A stretch of 64,000 nt of DNA, taken from NCBI GenBank assembly GCA_015680685.1, contig MNCI01001933.1:160817-224816 (forward strand), written 5' to 3'. The first letter of the stretch is position 1. Every line of letters begins with the position of its first letter. Origin of the DNA: Gnetum montanum. Lineage: Eukaryota; Plantae; Gnetophyta. The notes below the pieces were generated by a model. That model was not told where the DNA came from, searched no databases, and saw only the letters and a program-made list of their open reading frames with translations. Shown here in pieces: positions 25,742 through 38,188 of the stretch. Both the position numbers and the translations under genes were made by a program.

Positions 25742-28398
25742 GATGATAATGGATGAAAGTTATGACAAAAAATATTGTGTACAACTTTTATGAATGGTTG
25801 ACTGATATGGTGTCCATTACAAGAAGTACTCTATAGGCTACTATACAAGGACAAAATTTCATTTTCAATGTTCATGACATTGCAGATGTTATACAAGTTC
25901 TACGTGGTAAAGAGGTAGCTGTCAAGGATCAAAGGTGGAAGAAAACTAAGATTCACCTAATCCAATATGTGCAAAAATTTGAGAGGAAAGATGATAATCC
26001 CTCTAATTATCGAGAGCTATTGTTGCTTTCCAAATTTACGCAGTGCTCTTTATTTCCAGTGAAAGCAATGAAAGCGAAGATTTCCAATAATGCAATTTTA
26101 TTGATGTGGGCATTAGAAAACAATGAAGGTGTTCCATTTGATATCCTGATGACTATATTGTCTAAAATGAAGAGGCAAGCAAGGTTATGGCAGCTACATG
26201 ATGTGAAAGAGTCCCTTGGCTTTCCAATTATAGTGACAAAATTATTGTTGAAAAAAATGTTCATTATATGGCTCAATGGAATAGTCTTCCTAGATCCTAC
26301 AAGCATAGTCAAGAGTACATCAGTGTCCAACAAGGGTGAGACCTCCTATTTTTTGAAAGAGCTTCAAAGCCAAGCTGCCAATGATAGTTGCCAACATGAA
26401 AAATGTTCTTAGCAATCCATTGAGGATAAGTTGGAACACATGATGGAGACATTAAATAATTGTTCTCAAAACAATGCAACAATCTGGAGTGTTGTGGAGA
26501 AGCTAAAATCAGATAGGCAATGTTTGATAGATGAAAACATGCAATTTAAGGTCAAATTTAAGAATTATGTAGCTAAACAAAATAGTTGTATATAGAAGTT
26601 GCTTGCTGAGAATGAAAAAATGGCGAAGCATATATTCAAACTAAATAATGAAATTATCTTCTTAAAAAAGCTACAAAGGATGCTTATGATAGCAAAGATA
26701 TCAATGCCAATGCAGTCAAAACTATCATAGGTTCATACCATGTCATAAAACCTTGTAGTTTGAATTCATTATTCATATGTTTTGAAAAATTTAATGGTCG
26801 TATTATGCATGTGTTGAATAGAATTGATTAATATGCTAGCAATGAAAGCTGCCAGAAGATTATTTGATTCTGTTGAAGGAAACAACAAAGAAGGATCTAA
26901 ACAAGATCATCCAAACAAACAAATATGTATGTAGAATTGTTTGGATTAATTCTGTATGTTTGTTGACTTCCATCTTATGAACATTTATAGTTGATGTAGA
27001 TTTCAGTAGCCCCATTGATCAACCTTCTAGTACAGTTGAGAAATGAAGCCTGCATACTTCATCACCCTGATTGGTCAATCATGTGCCACAATTGACAGAG
27101 TGATGCAGTTGCTTGTCAAAGGAAGTTTAGACAATGAGGTGCTTATTATGTCACCATTTTCCCCATTCATTATCATAGGATCATCTTTTAGGTTTGTATA
27201 CCAACTTGGATGGAAACAATGGCTTGATGATCATGTTATTGATGTGTACATCATGTAAGTAACTTTAGATATCTATTGTTGATTGTCAAGCCTCATTACA
27301 ATATTTTGTATTTAATATTATGTTTCAAGCTTATGTAAAGTCCCTTGAGAGTTAGATGACACAAAAGGAAAATAACCACCTAAAAGATAAAGCAAAGGAA
27401 CCCACCAAAAGACATGTCATCAATGTTGAAAGTGATGCAATTGTTAAAGAAGAGGTTAATGTGTTCGTGGGAGACAAGGACTTCATTGAAGAGATTAAAA
27501 ATTAAGTTTACTGGGATGAATTTCTTGAATCGAGACATCCATTATTTTGCACCCCATTCAATACTAGTGGACATTGGATGCTTGTGGTTGTAGACACCCA
27601 CAAAAAAGATGTTTGTGTATGATTTGTTACCTTCTTCCCAACATGTAGTTGTTGTTCAAAAGTTAATGTCAAGGTTGAATTTTTATTGAAGGGTGATTCT
27701 TCAATGGGTGAAGGCACAACCGAGGTGAAGGGAAAACGAAAGAAGATACCTCCAAAATGAAGTACAATGGTTGTGCAAGGTATTCCCTTGCAAGAAAATG
27801 GTTATGATTGTGGCATGTATACAATAATGTTCATGCATCATTTGGGTTTTGGAAAAGAAATTAAATTCAATAGTGAGTTTGTTTCAATGTATCAAAATAC
27901 CATAATATGGGAAATTCTTAGTTCAGTTTTTGATCAACCATGGACAAACATATGTTTACAACATCTTGTACATGAGGATTATACTAAGCATGGTTCTTAT
28001 CCAGTTTCTGATCACAAAAAAAACAATGATGTAAATTCTTGCTTGCCATCTTTAATGAAAGGCAAATTTTTTGTGCATGGGACAACAATGTATTTATCTC
28101 AAGGTATTTAATTGAAAATATATATGGTGTTCATTTATTCCATATTTGATTATTATTATTTTGAAATTTTAGAAATCGAATCTTTATTATAAGGTTCAAT
28201 ATGTATACAATAAATCATTGTCCACAAAGAAACTACTTTTCATAATATATATAAAAATATGTGTTTCCTTTGCTCCTATCTGCATGTTTCTTCAATATAA
28301 TGTTTAGATGATCAAGTGTGATGACATGCATTTCGTAGATGCACCTCGTGTATCACAGCATGTACAAAACTTATTTGATTTTCACGTTCACATCAGTG

Positions 28399-29110
28399 AG
28401 ACCGGCATGCACATTGCATGAACAAGCATTATAAAATGATCCTACTACGTAGTCTTGTGACCGACATGCGCATCACATGAACACGCATTGTAAAATGATC
28501 CTACTATGTGGTCTTGTGACTCGTAGAAAATGTTAGGCAAATATGCCACTATGGATCACATGTTGTCACATTAGGAAATAGAAACTTTAGTTTACCAGTG
28601 CCAGCTTATGTGATCCGCAGTCTGTTGCAGTATGAAACAATAACCAATTTTCACAAGAATTTACTAGTGCAACTGGTTGCAATTCGTAGACCATTGCAGT
28701 ATGAAACAGTAACCAGTTTTCACAAGAATTTACCAGTGTGACTAGTTGTGATTCGCAGACCATCGACGTATGAAATAGAAACTGGTTTTCACAAGAATTT
28801 ACAAGTGCAACTAGTTGCAATCTGCAAACTGTCACATAATTGAACAGTGCTAATTATGAGTATTTGCGACCCACATGACTTAAGACATAGATGAGGATTG
28901 CATCTGCCCATAGTACATAACAAAAATCATATTTTTATCAATGCGAGGTGATGTGAGCCACATGATCGCAGTGGTGAGAATTTAGGTACATCACCACATG
29001 ATCGCAGTGGTGAGAATTTAGGTAGATCTTGTTGCTGCCAACCGCATCATCACATGATCCGACGATCGCAGTGGTGAGAATTTAGGTAGATCTTGTTGCT
29101 ACCAACCGCA
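28399..29110. repeat. Cluster of tandem repeats: ~59-bp x2, 69-bp x~3.7 (28591-28850), and gatcgcagtggtgagaatttaggta x3 (28960-29110)
   Basis: tttacYagtg-like unit starts at 28591, 28660, 28729 and 28798 give a period of 69. The other units were read directly. Confidence 0.85.
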
Positions 29111-29821
29111 ATTCAAATGTTATTGCAACCAACAACAAAAATCATTATTTGACAATGCAACAAGATGTGATCTGCATGAGTATAGAGAGTCAAAGGAAAA
29201 TAAAATAGTGCAAGGACAATGCTAGATGCATTACTGTACAATGAAAATTGTGAGGGGGTGTGATCCACATGTATAAACACACAACTTGGACTACGCATGC
29301 ATGCGAGTTGCCTGAGCTCGTACTGTGTACATTAGTCAAGTTTGTTTAAAAATTGTTTTCTGAACCTCTTATATATTTATATTTTGTCACATATGTTCCT
29401 ACATGAGATGGATATATTTATAAATGGTATAGGTCTCGACTGACTGTAAGTTATGACTCATCATGTATAGTATCTATACAATGTATAGAGGAACTCAATG
29501 TGTGTCAGACATACGGATTGATATTATGTATATAGTATATATCTTAGACATGCTTTTACATATGGTATGAATAGAGATTGATGTTATGTATGTTTCGGTT
29601 ATGACAGTATATAATGATTTCTCATTATATGTATTTAACATTTGATTTTTATCAAAGTGACGTAGGTTCTTTTTCTATGTTATGTGAAATGTCTACATGT
29701 ATTGATGATTCAACTTACATGATTAATGCTAACGTTTGGGCCTTACATGAGCTACGCTTAAGTTTGATAAGAGGAGTATTATGGAGTGGTATTAGAATAG
29801 GTTACTTCAATTATTATGGAN

Positions 29822-29845
29822 CGCTATGCATGTCGCGTCTCATCA
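29822..29845 (-). mobile_element. Terminal 24 bp of an element-A-family LTR next to an assembly gap
   Basis: The reverse complement tgatgagacgcgacatgcatagcg matches the first 19 nt of the element A LTR (tgatgagacgcgacatgca). N at 29821. Confidence 0.85.
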
Positions 29846-30399
29846 AGTATTATGGAGTGGTATTAGAATAGGTTACTTCAATTATTATGGAATGTTGTGG
29901 TACTTACCTTTGTGATTACAAGTATTTGATATGTTGGGCAAACAAAGGTCAAGTAGTAGTGACCATCATATTGATAAGGCTTAGATGTCTTCTATTTCAT
30001 AGATTGTAGAGACATTGATAATGAGTTACGCATAGGGGCTAGTGATATCTAGATTGATTTGGTAGGGTAGACCATACATTTAGTATAGTAGTAGTAGCCT
30101 TGATAAGTGCTACCTCATCTTCTTCTAAAGTTATCTAGAAGGTTGGGAGTAGCAATGATGTATATTAACTAACTATTAAAAAGGTTGATAGTGATAATGG
30201 ACTAACCATATAAGAGGTTGCAATGTAGAAACGGCTGAAGTTATTAACATTAATTACTTTTTGCCAAATTCTTCTTTACAGAAATGACACAAAAAAACAT
30301 GTTAGACATTCAAGCAATAGTTGATTGTTTATGTAAAAAACCATAACAATGTACATGGTTATTAAAAAGACAAAATAAATAGTCAATAGTAACTCTATT

Positions 30400-31830
30400 C
30401 AATGCCCTCTACATGGGTATCCTCCTCCATAGCTTCTGTAGCACTAGTGTTCATGAAATCCTACTTAGTGACTGTTGCATCAACCTGCTCAGCAAGGTTA
30501 TTTGCCCTTTGAGCCATATCTGATGGTCCTGCCTCTTTTGTGTGCTGTGATGTGTTGTGATGTGGCCATGCCCATGAACTCTAGATCAGAAGTGTTATTC
30601 AAGAGCTTGCTAGATCCAATGTCTCTGTGCACTCCCCTCAACTACTCAAATGTATGTTTAGCTAGTTTTCCATGGTTTATGACAAAATAGGTCTATCTCC
30701 TTTCCAAGAAGTTGGAACATTGATGCATTTGACTCTCTAATGCATCCATGCATGCCATTATTCTTATCTCCATTGCTTCCAAGTACTGAAAAATGGTAGC
30801 ACCATCTCCAAACTGCTACTATTGTAGTGGCTGAACACATATAGCATGGTGTTGTTCACCCTCATCATAGTACTCATTCCATCCAACCTTGCCACCATCT
30901 TGTGACACTCAAGGATCAAGTAGCCATACCAAATCATTAAAATGAGTCTTAGGAACCCATTGTGTATAAAATACAAAACCCAAATGAGGCACCTGATCCT
31001 CACTGAACACTTGGACCTCCTTTGAATCATGATCTAGAGAAGGAATTTGCCAATGGTGAAACAAAGCCAATGCGATCGATGGAAATGGAATTATGGATGC
31101 ATCACTAGTAAGGATTTGCATCTTCCTCATTAAAATGTGAGGGTAGTTTAATGAACAATCCCCCTTCAAATCAAGCAAGATCATCAATGTAAAAGACATG
31201 ACATGCATGTGATGAGTGACAGTAAGGAGATTGGTGTGAATGACCCTCACAAAAACTCTCTATTTAGGGGAGAAGTCCTTGTAGGGTTAGCCAGTCTCAT
31301 TGGACTCCACCTCAAGAACCATGCCAAGCAACTGTGTCTTTTTTGTTTGAAGATGCAGTAGTGAAAATTTTAGTGCAGGAACCAATAGCCATGTTAATTA
31401 TGGCAACCATGATATTCTCTATCATTGGAAAGCCCAAATCACCTATGCGTACAACCACAGATGATGTTGCACCTCGAATATGAGACATGTAGAAGCATCG
31501 TGTCTTCTCCTCATAATATTTTGACCCACCACTCATGATGAAGCCAAGGCGTCACTCAATCAACTTAGCATGCATCTCTGGCCATACCAACTACATCAAT
31601 CTAGAGAAGTTTCTAGGACTTCGTATTGAGGCTATTCTGAATTGCCCCTACTGATGCTAACATTCCTCTCATGCCTCCTACTCTTGAGCTCGGTGATACT
31701 CATCATGCTCTCTTCAAGCAACTTGTGCAATAACAAAGGCCTAATGTTGATCTTGTGTATGCCTCCTTTCCTCTTGGCCTTGCAATCTGCTGGACTTTCT
31801 TCAGTCGTTTGCCTATGTACTACCTCTTTG
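30400..31830 (-). pseudogene. Second degenerate plant-transposon-protein (PF20167-like) ORF
   Basis: Fragments YYEEKTRCFYMSH...VVVRIGDLGFPM and RVIHTNLL...LNYPHILMRKMQ...IPFPSIALALF follow the same motif order as the family (V.EFY, VRG, nllP, lpfP.lit.l). Frameshifted. Confidence 0.5.
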
Positions 31831-32119
31831 TAAAGATAAAATACAAAGCATTAAGAATTAAAAAACTTAACAATCATGTAAAAAAACCATTATATATCAG
31901 TGCTCTAGTTAAATATGTACTAACTAACTTTCCAATATCTTAAACATACATGAAGATTTTTTTTAATAATAATTTTTTAAAATATTAAGTAAGCTGTCAA
32001 CATTCAATAACTAATAAATGAATTTGTTTATCTTTTCTATTTCTTCAATGTACATAGTACGACTTGCCAACTTGAAATACTCCTACTAACTAGATTTATA
32101 GTCTTCATCCATCACCTTA

Positions 32120-32260
32120 TCTATGTGCTACTAATGTAATAAGCCTGGTCATTTGCAAGAGAATGCCCAAATACTGCAATTGCATATGGCAGTAGTGGAG
32201 CAGGGCTAGGCTTTGAATATATAGGGATGGGTGGTAATTCTACATCTTGCTACAAGAAGA
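32120..32260 (+). pseudogene. CCHC zinc-knuckle / Gly-rich coding fragment
   Basis: Reads CY*CNKPGH(F)ARECPNT (one frameshift) and then AYGSSGAGLGFEYIGMGGNSTSCYK, the start of a second knuckle. Confidence 0.55.
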
Positions 32261-33789
32261 TCCTTTTTGACAACCAATATAGAATTGTTGCTCTGAACAC
32301 ATAACCTACCTACGATTCTCTCACCGCAAAGAATTAGCCAAGGAATCATGTTTTGGTGATTTTGTAAAACATGAGGGAAAAGCATGATCTTGCATAATAC
32401 ATGGAAAGTGAGTACATGTGATTTCTTCTTTAAAACTAACCTTAAAACTATTTTGTAGTTATTAGAAAGATGGTTGAATTTTAAATGATAATATTTTGGA
32501 AGTTCATTATGCTCTTTTGTTCTATTTTATATCAATTTGAATGCATCAATGCCTAAGTAACATCATAGAGTTGTAGATTTCTTTTATAGCAAAGACTTTA
32601 AATGATCCATGGTTAAGGTTATTCCTTTCTAAGATTTTTTTGAGGAAGAAGTTCCTATTAGAATGTAGGAAGCTTGTTTGCAAGTTGGAACATTAACTGT
32701 TTGATCCAGACGTAGATATATGTGCTTAATATGTCATTGAGTTTCTTGGTATTAGAATAATAAGGCAATAAGCCACAAATTAGAGGGTCCATTATTGGTA
32801 TAGCATTATCATGATCATTAATAAACAAATGGTTTGGTTTCCTTGGTCTAACTTGCAATGTTTACTGTTCCATATTTGATATAGAATTCAGCATTTGAAG
32901 GTTGTGGAAATGAAACTTTTATCTTGGCAAAGAGATCAACAAGTGATTATTGGATATCATGGTTTCCATTTTCATGAGTTTTTTGGCTTAATCTAAATGG
33001 GTAGTTTTTAGTTTTGTTTGACAACTAATAAAAGTTATTGATTTATTTTTTCAAGTTATTGATTTATTATTAACAATAAATAGAAGAGGGACATGCTAAA
33101 TGAATGTTGTCGTTGTTAAACCCTACTCCGATTTTATTTAATCTCTTGAGTGGCCACTGTTAAATGGACATGTTCAGGCAACGTTGCCGCTATTAAAGCC
33201 TAAACCCTAATAAATCATTGACGTTGCTGCTATGCCGCTGTTGAACAGACATCCTAAACTAACGTTGCCAATTCTACCCTAGACATAAAAAAAACTATGA
33301 TGTAAACAAACTTGTACAAAAACTTAATTACAAAATCAAAATGCACAATGAAGAAAATTAGTTGAAGAAGTTGTGAAGAATGTTCTAAACCTCATTTTAA
33401 ATTTTTCATCTCATAGACTCGCAGAAAACCCTTGGAGACTAGATTCCAAACCATAATTCAAAAAATGAGTGGACATGAACGTACCTTGCTTGTCATTTTT
33501 GTCTAAACTTTAGATTTGTGCCATCACCTATCAACGGTGCAATGACGATGTCTCTCCTGGTGTGCTCTTGTTCTCTGTGATCGATTGCGGGCAATGTTCA
33601 AATGATAAATGTGAGATTTTGTCATAGCAACCCTCTTTTTATTTTTTTCAAATTTCTCAAAGTGTCATCCAATGACTTCTATAGACAGTTTTCTATGACA
33701 TTTTGGAACAAGTAGCTTTTGTTGTCAATTTTTTGTGGGACTATCCCAACTTGACAATCTTTTGTTACTTGCCCAACCATTTTCATTCA

Positions 33790-36520
33790 CCGAAAAGAAA
33801 CACTTAGATTGAATCTTCTCAACATATTTTTCAAGTTCTATAACACTCTCTCTATTTGTGGACATATTCTTTGCAAAATTTTTAAATGCCTTTTTCAATT
33901 TTGGTATTTTTTCTATCCAGCTTGCATTTACATTGTCCTTAAATGCTTAAAATTGCTCATCTGATTCCTGAATGTCATTTTTGTTGTGCTCATGAGAAGA
34001 TACTAAACTACTTTGTACGACATTGCTATTTGATTTCTTGGTGGTTGATCTGAATGTCTCAGGTGTCATCCCTAACTATGATGCCTCTTCACAGCTTGAA
34101 AATTCATGAGGCATAAATGAATTTAGCTTAGTAGGGATTCTTAAATCAAAATACTCATCTCTGAAGAAGAAGTTATATGCATTGTTATGTCCCTTGACTA
34201 ATATCAAAACTTTCATTGAATGCTTGCAAAAATGATCAATGCTGGACCATCTACACTCACAGAAAATACTGAAGGAGGAAACCTTCGAGACCTTGTACCT
34301 AGCATCCCATTTCAAAGAATCTTGACTATGCACAAAATATTCATCTTCTCTATCAAGGACTTCTTTGCAATCATCATCACAGATTTCAATAGCCTTTTCC
34401 CATGACTTCTTATTGATTTCTCTATCCTTTTGATTTATTGAATACCCTGCAACTTTAAGTCTTGCATTGTTTTAGTAATATAGTTGTACCTTTGTCAAAG
34501 TTTGTATAAGCCAATCAATGCGATGATATTTCCTATTTTTGATATCTCTCAAAAATTTTCCTTTTAAAAATTCATGATAGGACTCCACAGCATTGTTTGT
34601 GTGTTGTTGAGCATGAGAAATATCACAATAAGCTTTTGTCCGCATCCCTGAGAAATGAACCTTTGAGCCCATAACAACAAAAAAACAATGGAACATAAAA
34701 TCTAAATTTAATAAAATTGTAACTAAAAGATTGATTAAATATATACTTACGAACCACTAGCTCTTAAGGTAACTAATGAAATGAACGTTATGTTGATGGT
34801 CATTGACAAACTTGTTGATTTCCACCACAACATCAAAAGGTTCTTTGCATTCATTCATAATAAAGTTCAGATGTGCTGCCATTGCCTTTCTAGTTATCAA
34901 ATCTCTAACCTTTGTTGCTGAGTTCTTCCTCCATGCCCTCCAAACATGCCAAACACATAGAAAAATACAACAACCACATACAATCCTAAAAATTGCACAT
35001 AATGTTGCACATTCAATTCTAATATCTCCATCTCTTGATCTAAAATTTTAAATAACACAATTAATTTTTGTTTGTTAACTGTTACATTATATAGCATTCA
35101 TTTCAGCTTTTGAATCATCTAGCATAAAAACATTCACTGTCCATCGTAGCTCTCTAGACCGGCATCTTCTCATCAATGTCTTTGTACACCTAGAGGAGAT
35201 CACCCATGCTATAGGCAGTCCATTGTAGTAATGAATTGAAAGTCATGATTGTGTGTAGATGGAGTTGTTTAGGAAAATACCATTAATATTAGAAAAATGA
35301 CCCAATTGCAATACAAAATATTTTTTGATACATGGTTTCTAAAAAAAACCCTAAATATTTACTTACTCCATATTTGTCAATGTTGAAGGTTGAATCCATA
35401 ACAAGTATGTTGTTTTGAGATAGACCTATCATCTTCTTCAGTATCCATGGTGATTGCAACTCGATGATTTTTGGGATAGACTATTCAATGTTCTCCTCTT
35501 GATAGTAAAAAAAGAAATCTATGGTGCTTTGGTATCATAACCTCGTGCTAATTTTATCATGCTCACTTTTTTTGTATTTTGTGTAACATCTTTGCAAATA
35601 TTGTAAATGTCCTTTTTCAAAAGAAACATGTCTCTCTTTTGACATACCTTGAATTTTTTCCCTTCATTGAATAGATCTTTAATATATCTCTCATAAATCA
35701 TATCTACTAGAAATCTTTCGTTCCATAATGAGACTATCTTTTGATGTATCTTAGGGAAAATATGTATCTGACATGGGACTAAGCAAGCCATGACAATAAG
35801 CTTCCGACATGTCAACATGATTCATTTCTTTATACATAATGCATGCAACATGCTCAACACCATGCATAATGCAAACTATGAAATTACATTAGCAACCAGT
35901 CTTTCTGCCAATCCTGTTTCTTTTTCTTCCTTCCCTAGCTACCACTCCTATGATAACATTCGACCCATACGAACAATGATAACTGATTCATGTATATGCA
36001 TGGACATTAGGCACTTCTCCAATAATATGCATTATACAAATTATTTAATAAACATTGCTCGAGAATATTGAAATTCAAAAAAAAAAAAAAAAAACCTACC
36101 TTGTACAACAAGTGTAGTGGTTTGCTTGGGAGTGAGTTCCCTTTTCCCATTTCTGTTGGTTTTTCTTCTTATAGAAAATTTCACACAAAAACATTTCATT
36201 TGTCTATTTGCCTGCAATAAAATCATCCACTCTTTCTTTGTATATCCAAGCAAAGGCATCGTCATAAAAATAGGACCATCTTATTTCATTTTTTGAAAAA
36301 GTGCCAACTGGCGAGTCTTTTATTTCTTATTGTCATGTTGTTTCCCAAAAACCAACATGCTGTTGCCATCCTTGCATCTAAAAAAACACTTTTTTGTCAC
36401 TAACTCAAAGAACGATATTAAAATATACAAACATTGTAACGAATAAACACAACTTCACGATTAAATTAATCATCGATACATACCTTTATTATCACCACAC
36501 ACCTTGTTTTTGCTACTCAT
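33790..36520 (-). pseudogene. Degenerate intron-containing MULE (Mutator-like) transposase with SWIM zinc finger
   Basis: Motifs ILVMDSTFNIDKY, GLPIAWVIS, FMLDDSKAE, LCVWHVWRAWRKN, HTNNAVESYH...RIDWLI and the SWIM motif CECRWSSIDHFCKH (ORF 34076..34333). GT-AG gaps lie between the blocks. Confidence 0.85.
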
Positions 36521-36634
36521 CTTGAACTAGACGCAATGTTGCAATATAAAACCCCCGTTACTAGTTTATGTTCATTCATGCAATGTATTCTCTTATTTAG
36601 GTGGGTGCGACACACTGCATAATGCACCCGCTTG

Positions 36635-37870
36635 TAGTATTTTTCAATTGATTGTGACCAACTACCAGTAGTAGTCTGTTCGCAGTCGCTTCCAAAAAGG
36701 GTCTTGCTTCCAGTGATTTACACTTTAGTAGAAATTGAAGCTTCGAGTCGTTTCAAGCTCTTCCAAAGAGTGTTTTACGCTATCTTGTGAGTGGGTGCAT
36801 CTAGCACTTGTCTCACAGTGACTTTCAAAAGCGTTTTGGCAACCGAAAGTTCCCATTTGCCTTGGCATCGCTGCTTCTGGATAACAGGAGGCTTCTAGCA
36901 GTATTTTTCAATTGACTATGATGGACTATGAGTGACAGTCTAGTTGTAGTTGCTTTTGGAAAGGGTCATGCTTCCGGTAATCTGCACTTCAGTGGAAATT
37001 GAAGCTTCCAATAATTTCTAACTTCTTGCTCTTCCAAAGAGTGTTTTACACTATCCTATGAGTCAATGCATCTAACACTCGTCTAGCAATATCTTTCAAA
37101 AGCCTTCCAACAACTGGAAGCTCCCATTTGCCTTCGCACTTTAGTGGAAATCGAAGCTTCTGGTCATTCCTAGCTCTTTCAAAGAGTGTTTTACACAATC
37201 CTATGAGTGGGTGCATTTAGCACTGTCTCACAATTGCTTCCATAAGCCTTTCAACAATTGGAAGCTCCCATTTGCCTTGGCATCGTTGCTTTCAAATGAT
37301 GGGAAGGCTTCCAACACTATTTTTCAATTGACTACTACGATAGACTGTCAGCAGTAGTTTGTATGTAGCCTCTTCCGAAAAGGGTCATGCTTCCGATGAT
37401 CTACACTTAAGTGGAAATCAAAACTTCCAATAATTTTTGGCTCTTCTGGAGAGTGTTTTACACTATCTTGCAAGTCAAGTCAGTGCATCTAACACTCGTC
37501 TCACAATATCTTTTGGAAACCTTTCAACAAGCAAAACCTCCCATTTGCCTTTGCATCACTAATTCTAGATGACATGAAGGATTCCAGTAGTATTTTTCAA
37601 TTGACTGTGATGGACAACCACTTCCAGAAAGGGTCTTGCTTCCGATGATCTACACATTAGTGGAAATTGAAGTTTCTAGTAATTTCTGGTCCTTCCATAG
37701 AGTGTTTTACACTATCTTGCGAGTTATTGCGTCTAGCACTCGTCTCGCAATATCTTTTGGATGCCTTTTGGGATCCAAAAGCTCCCATTTGCCTTGGCTT
37801 TTGACAATATTTTTCAATGCAGTCTATTGGGTCATGTTTCTAATGATTTGCACTTTAGTGAAAATTGAAA
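36635..37870. repeat. Degenerate tandem array, ~260-bp unit, about 4-5 copies
   Basis: Recurring blocks tatttttcaattgac, aagggtcwtgcttcc, gagtgttttacactatc and ctcccatttgcctt, with unit starts near 36637, 36900, 37316, 37588 and 37806. Confidence 0.8.
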
Positions 37871-38188
37871 CTTTGGATCATGGGAGCCTCTTTCTCATGA
37901 GATTTTACTGGAGACTGCGAAGGGATGCATTTTGCAGAGTCCTCCGAAATTTCAATCTTCCCATGTGCTACAACAGACTACGAGTATGTTCATTCTCATA
38001 CTTTCGATTGCGAATAGATGCAGACCACATTTCTACATATCCATACATAGATGGTTGAACAAACATAATGTATCTCAATCATAATTTTATTCACGCCCAT
38101 CATAGTTTCATTGCTGCATACATGGGCCACCAACCATATCATAAATTTCTTTACACCCTAAAGGAATCAGACAGTAACCATGTCCCCC

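Larger units (their letters stand above)
18290..28110 (+). pseudogene. Transposon accessory gene, split by element A: plant-transposon-protein (PF20167-like) domain, coiled coil and C-terminal Ulp1/C48-like SUMO protease
   Basis: Joining across the GATGA TSD gives IYQWMMIMDESYDK/IVYNFYEWL...ATIQGQNFIFNVHDIADVI...LGFPIIVTKLL. Downstream are WLDDHVIDVY (27219), PFNTSGHWMLVVVD (~27555) and QENGYDCGMY (27790), the His and Cys catalytic motifs of Ulp1 proteases. Has stops, frameshifts and intron-like GT-AG gaps. The PF20167 call is by motif recognition only. Confidence 0.65.
7004..38188. mobile_element. ~31-kb insertion block splitting the LRR-RLK: Mutator-like (MULE) element(s) with nested LTR retrotransposons
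   Basis: The LRR frame stops at NNVTETVP (7003) and resumes at KALCGLPRLRTLHLRANNFTG (38189). The interior has a MULE/SWIM transposase and an Ulp1-like ORF. The ends show only weak inverted similarity (gcgaccaaagttacgtct vs gggacatggttactgtct) and no clean TSD. Confidence 0.55.

Noticed and set aside
28591-28850. CRISPR-like array or 23-aa repeat protein
   Set aside because: The units are contiguous degenerate tandem copies with no unique spacers and the context is eukaryotic. The ORF is a by-product of the 69-bp period.
29775-29891. 46-bp target-site duplication
   Set aside because: LTR elements of this family make 5-bp TSDs. The exact repeat straddles an N and is better explained as contig overlap.
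36525-36566. Helitron 3' end (hairpin plus CTAG|T)
   Set aside because: The palindrome is weak, there is no matching 5' TC end, and no Rep/helicase remnant is present.
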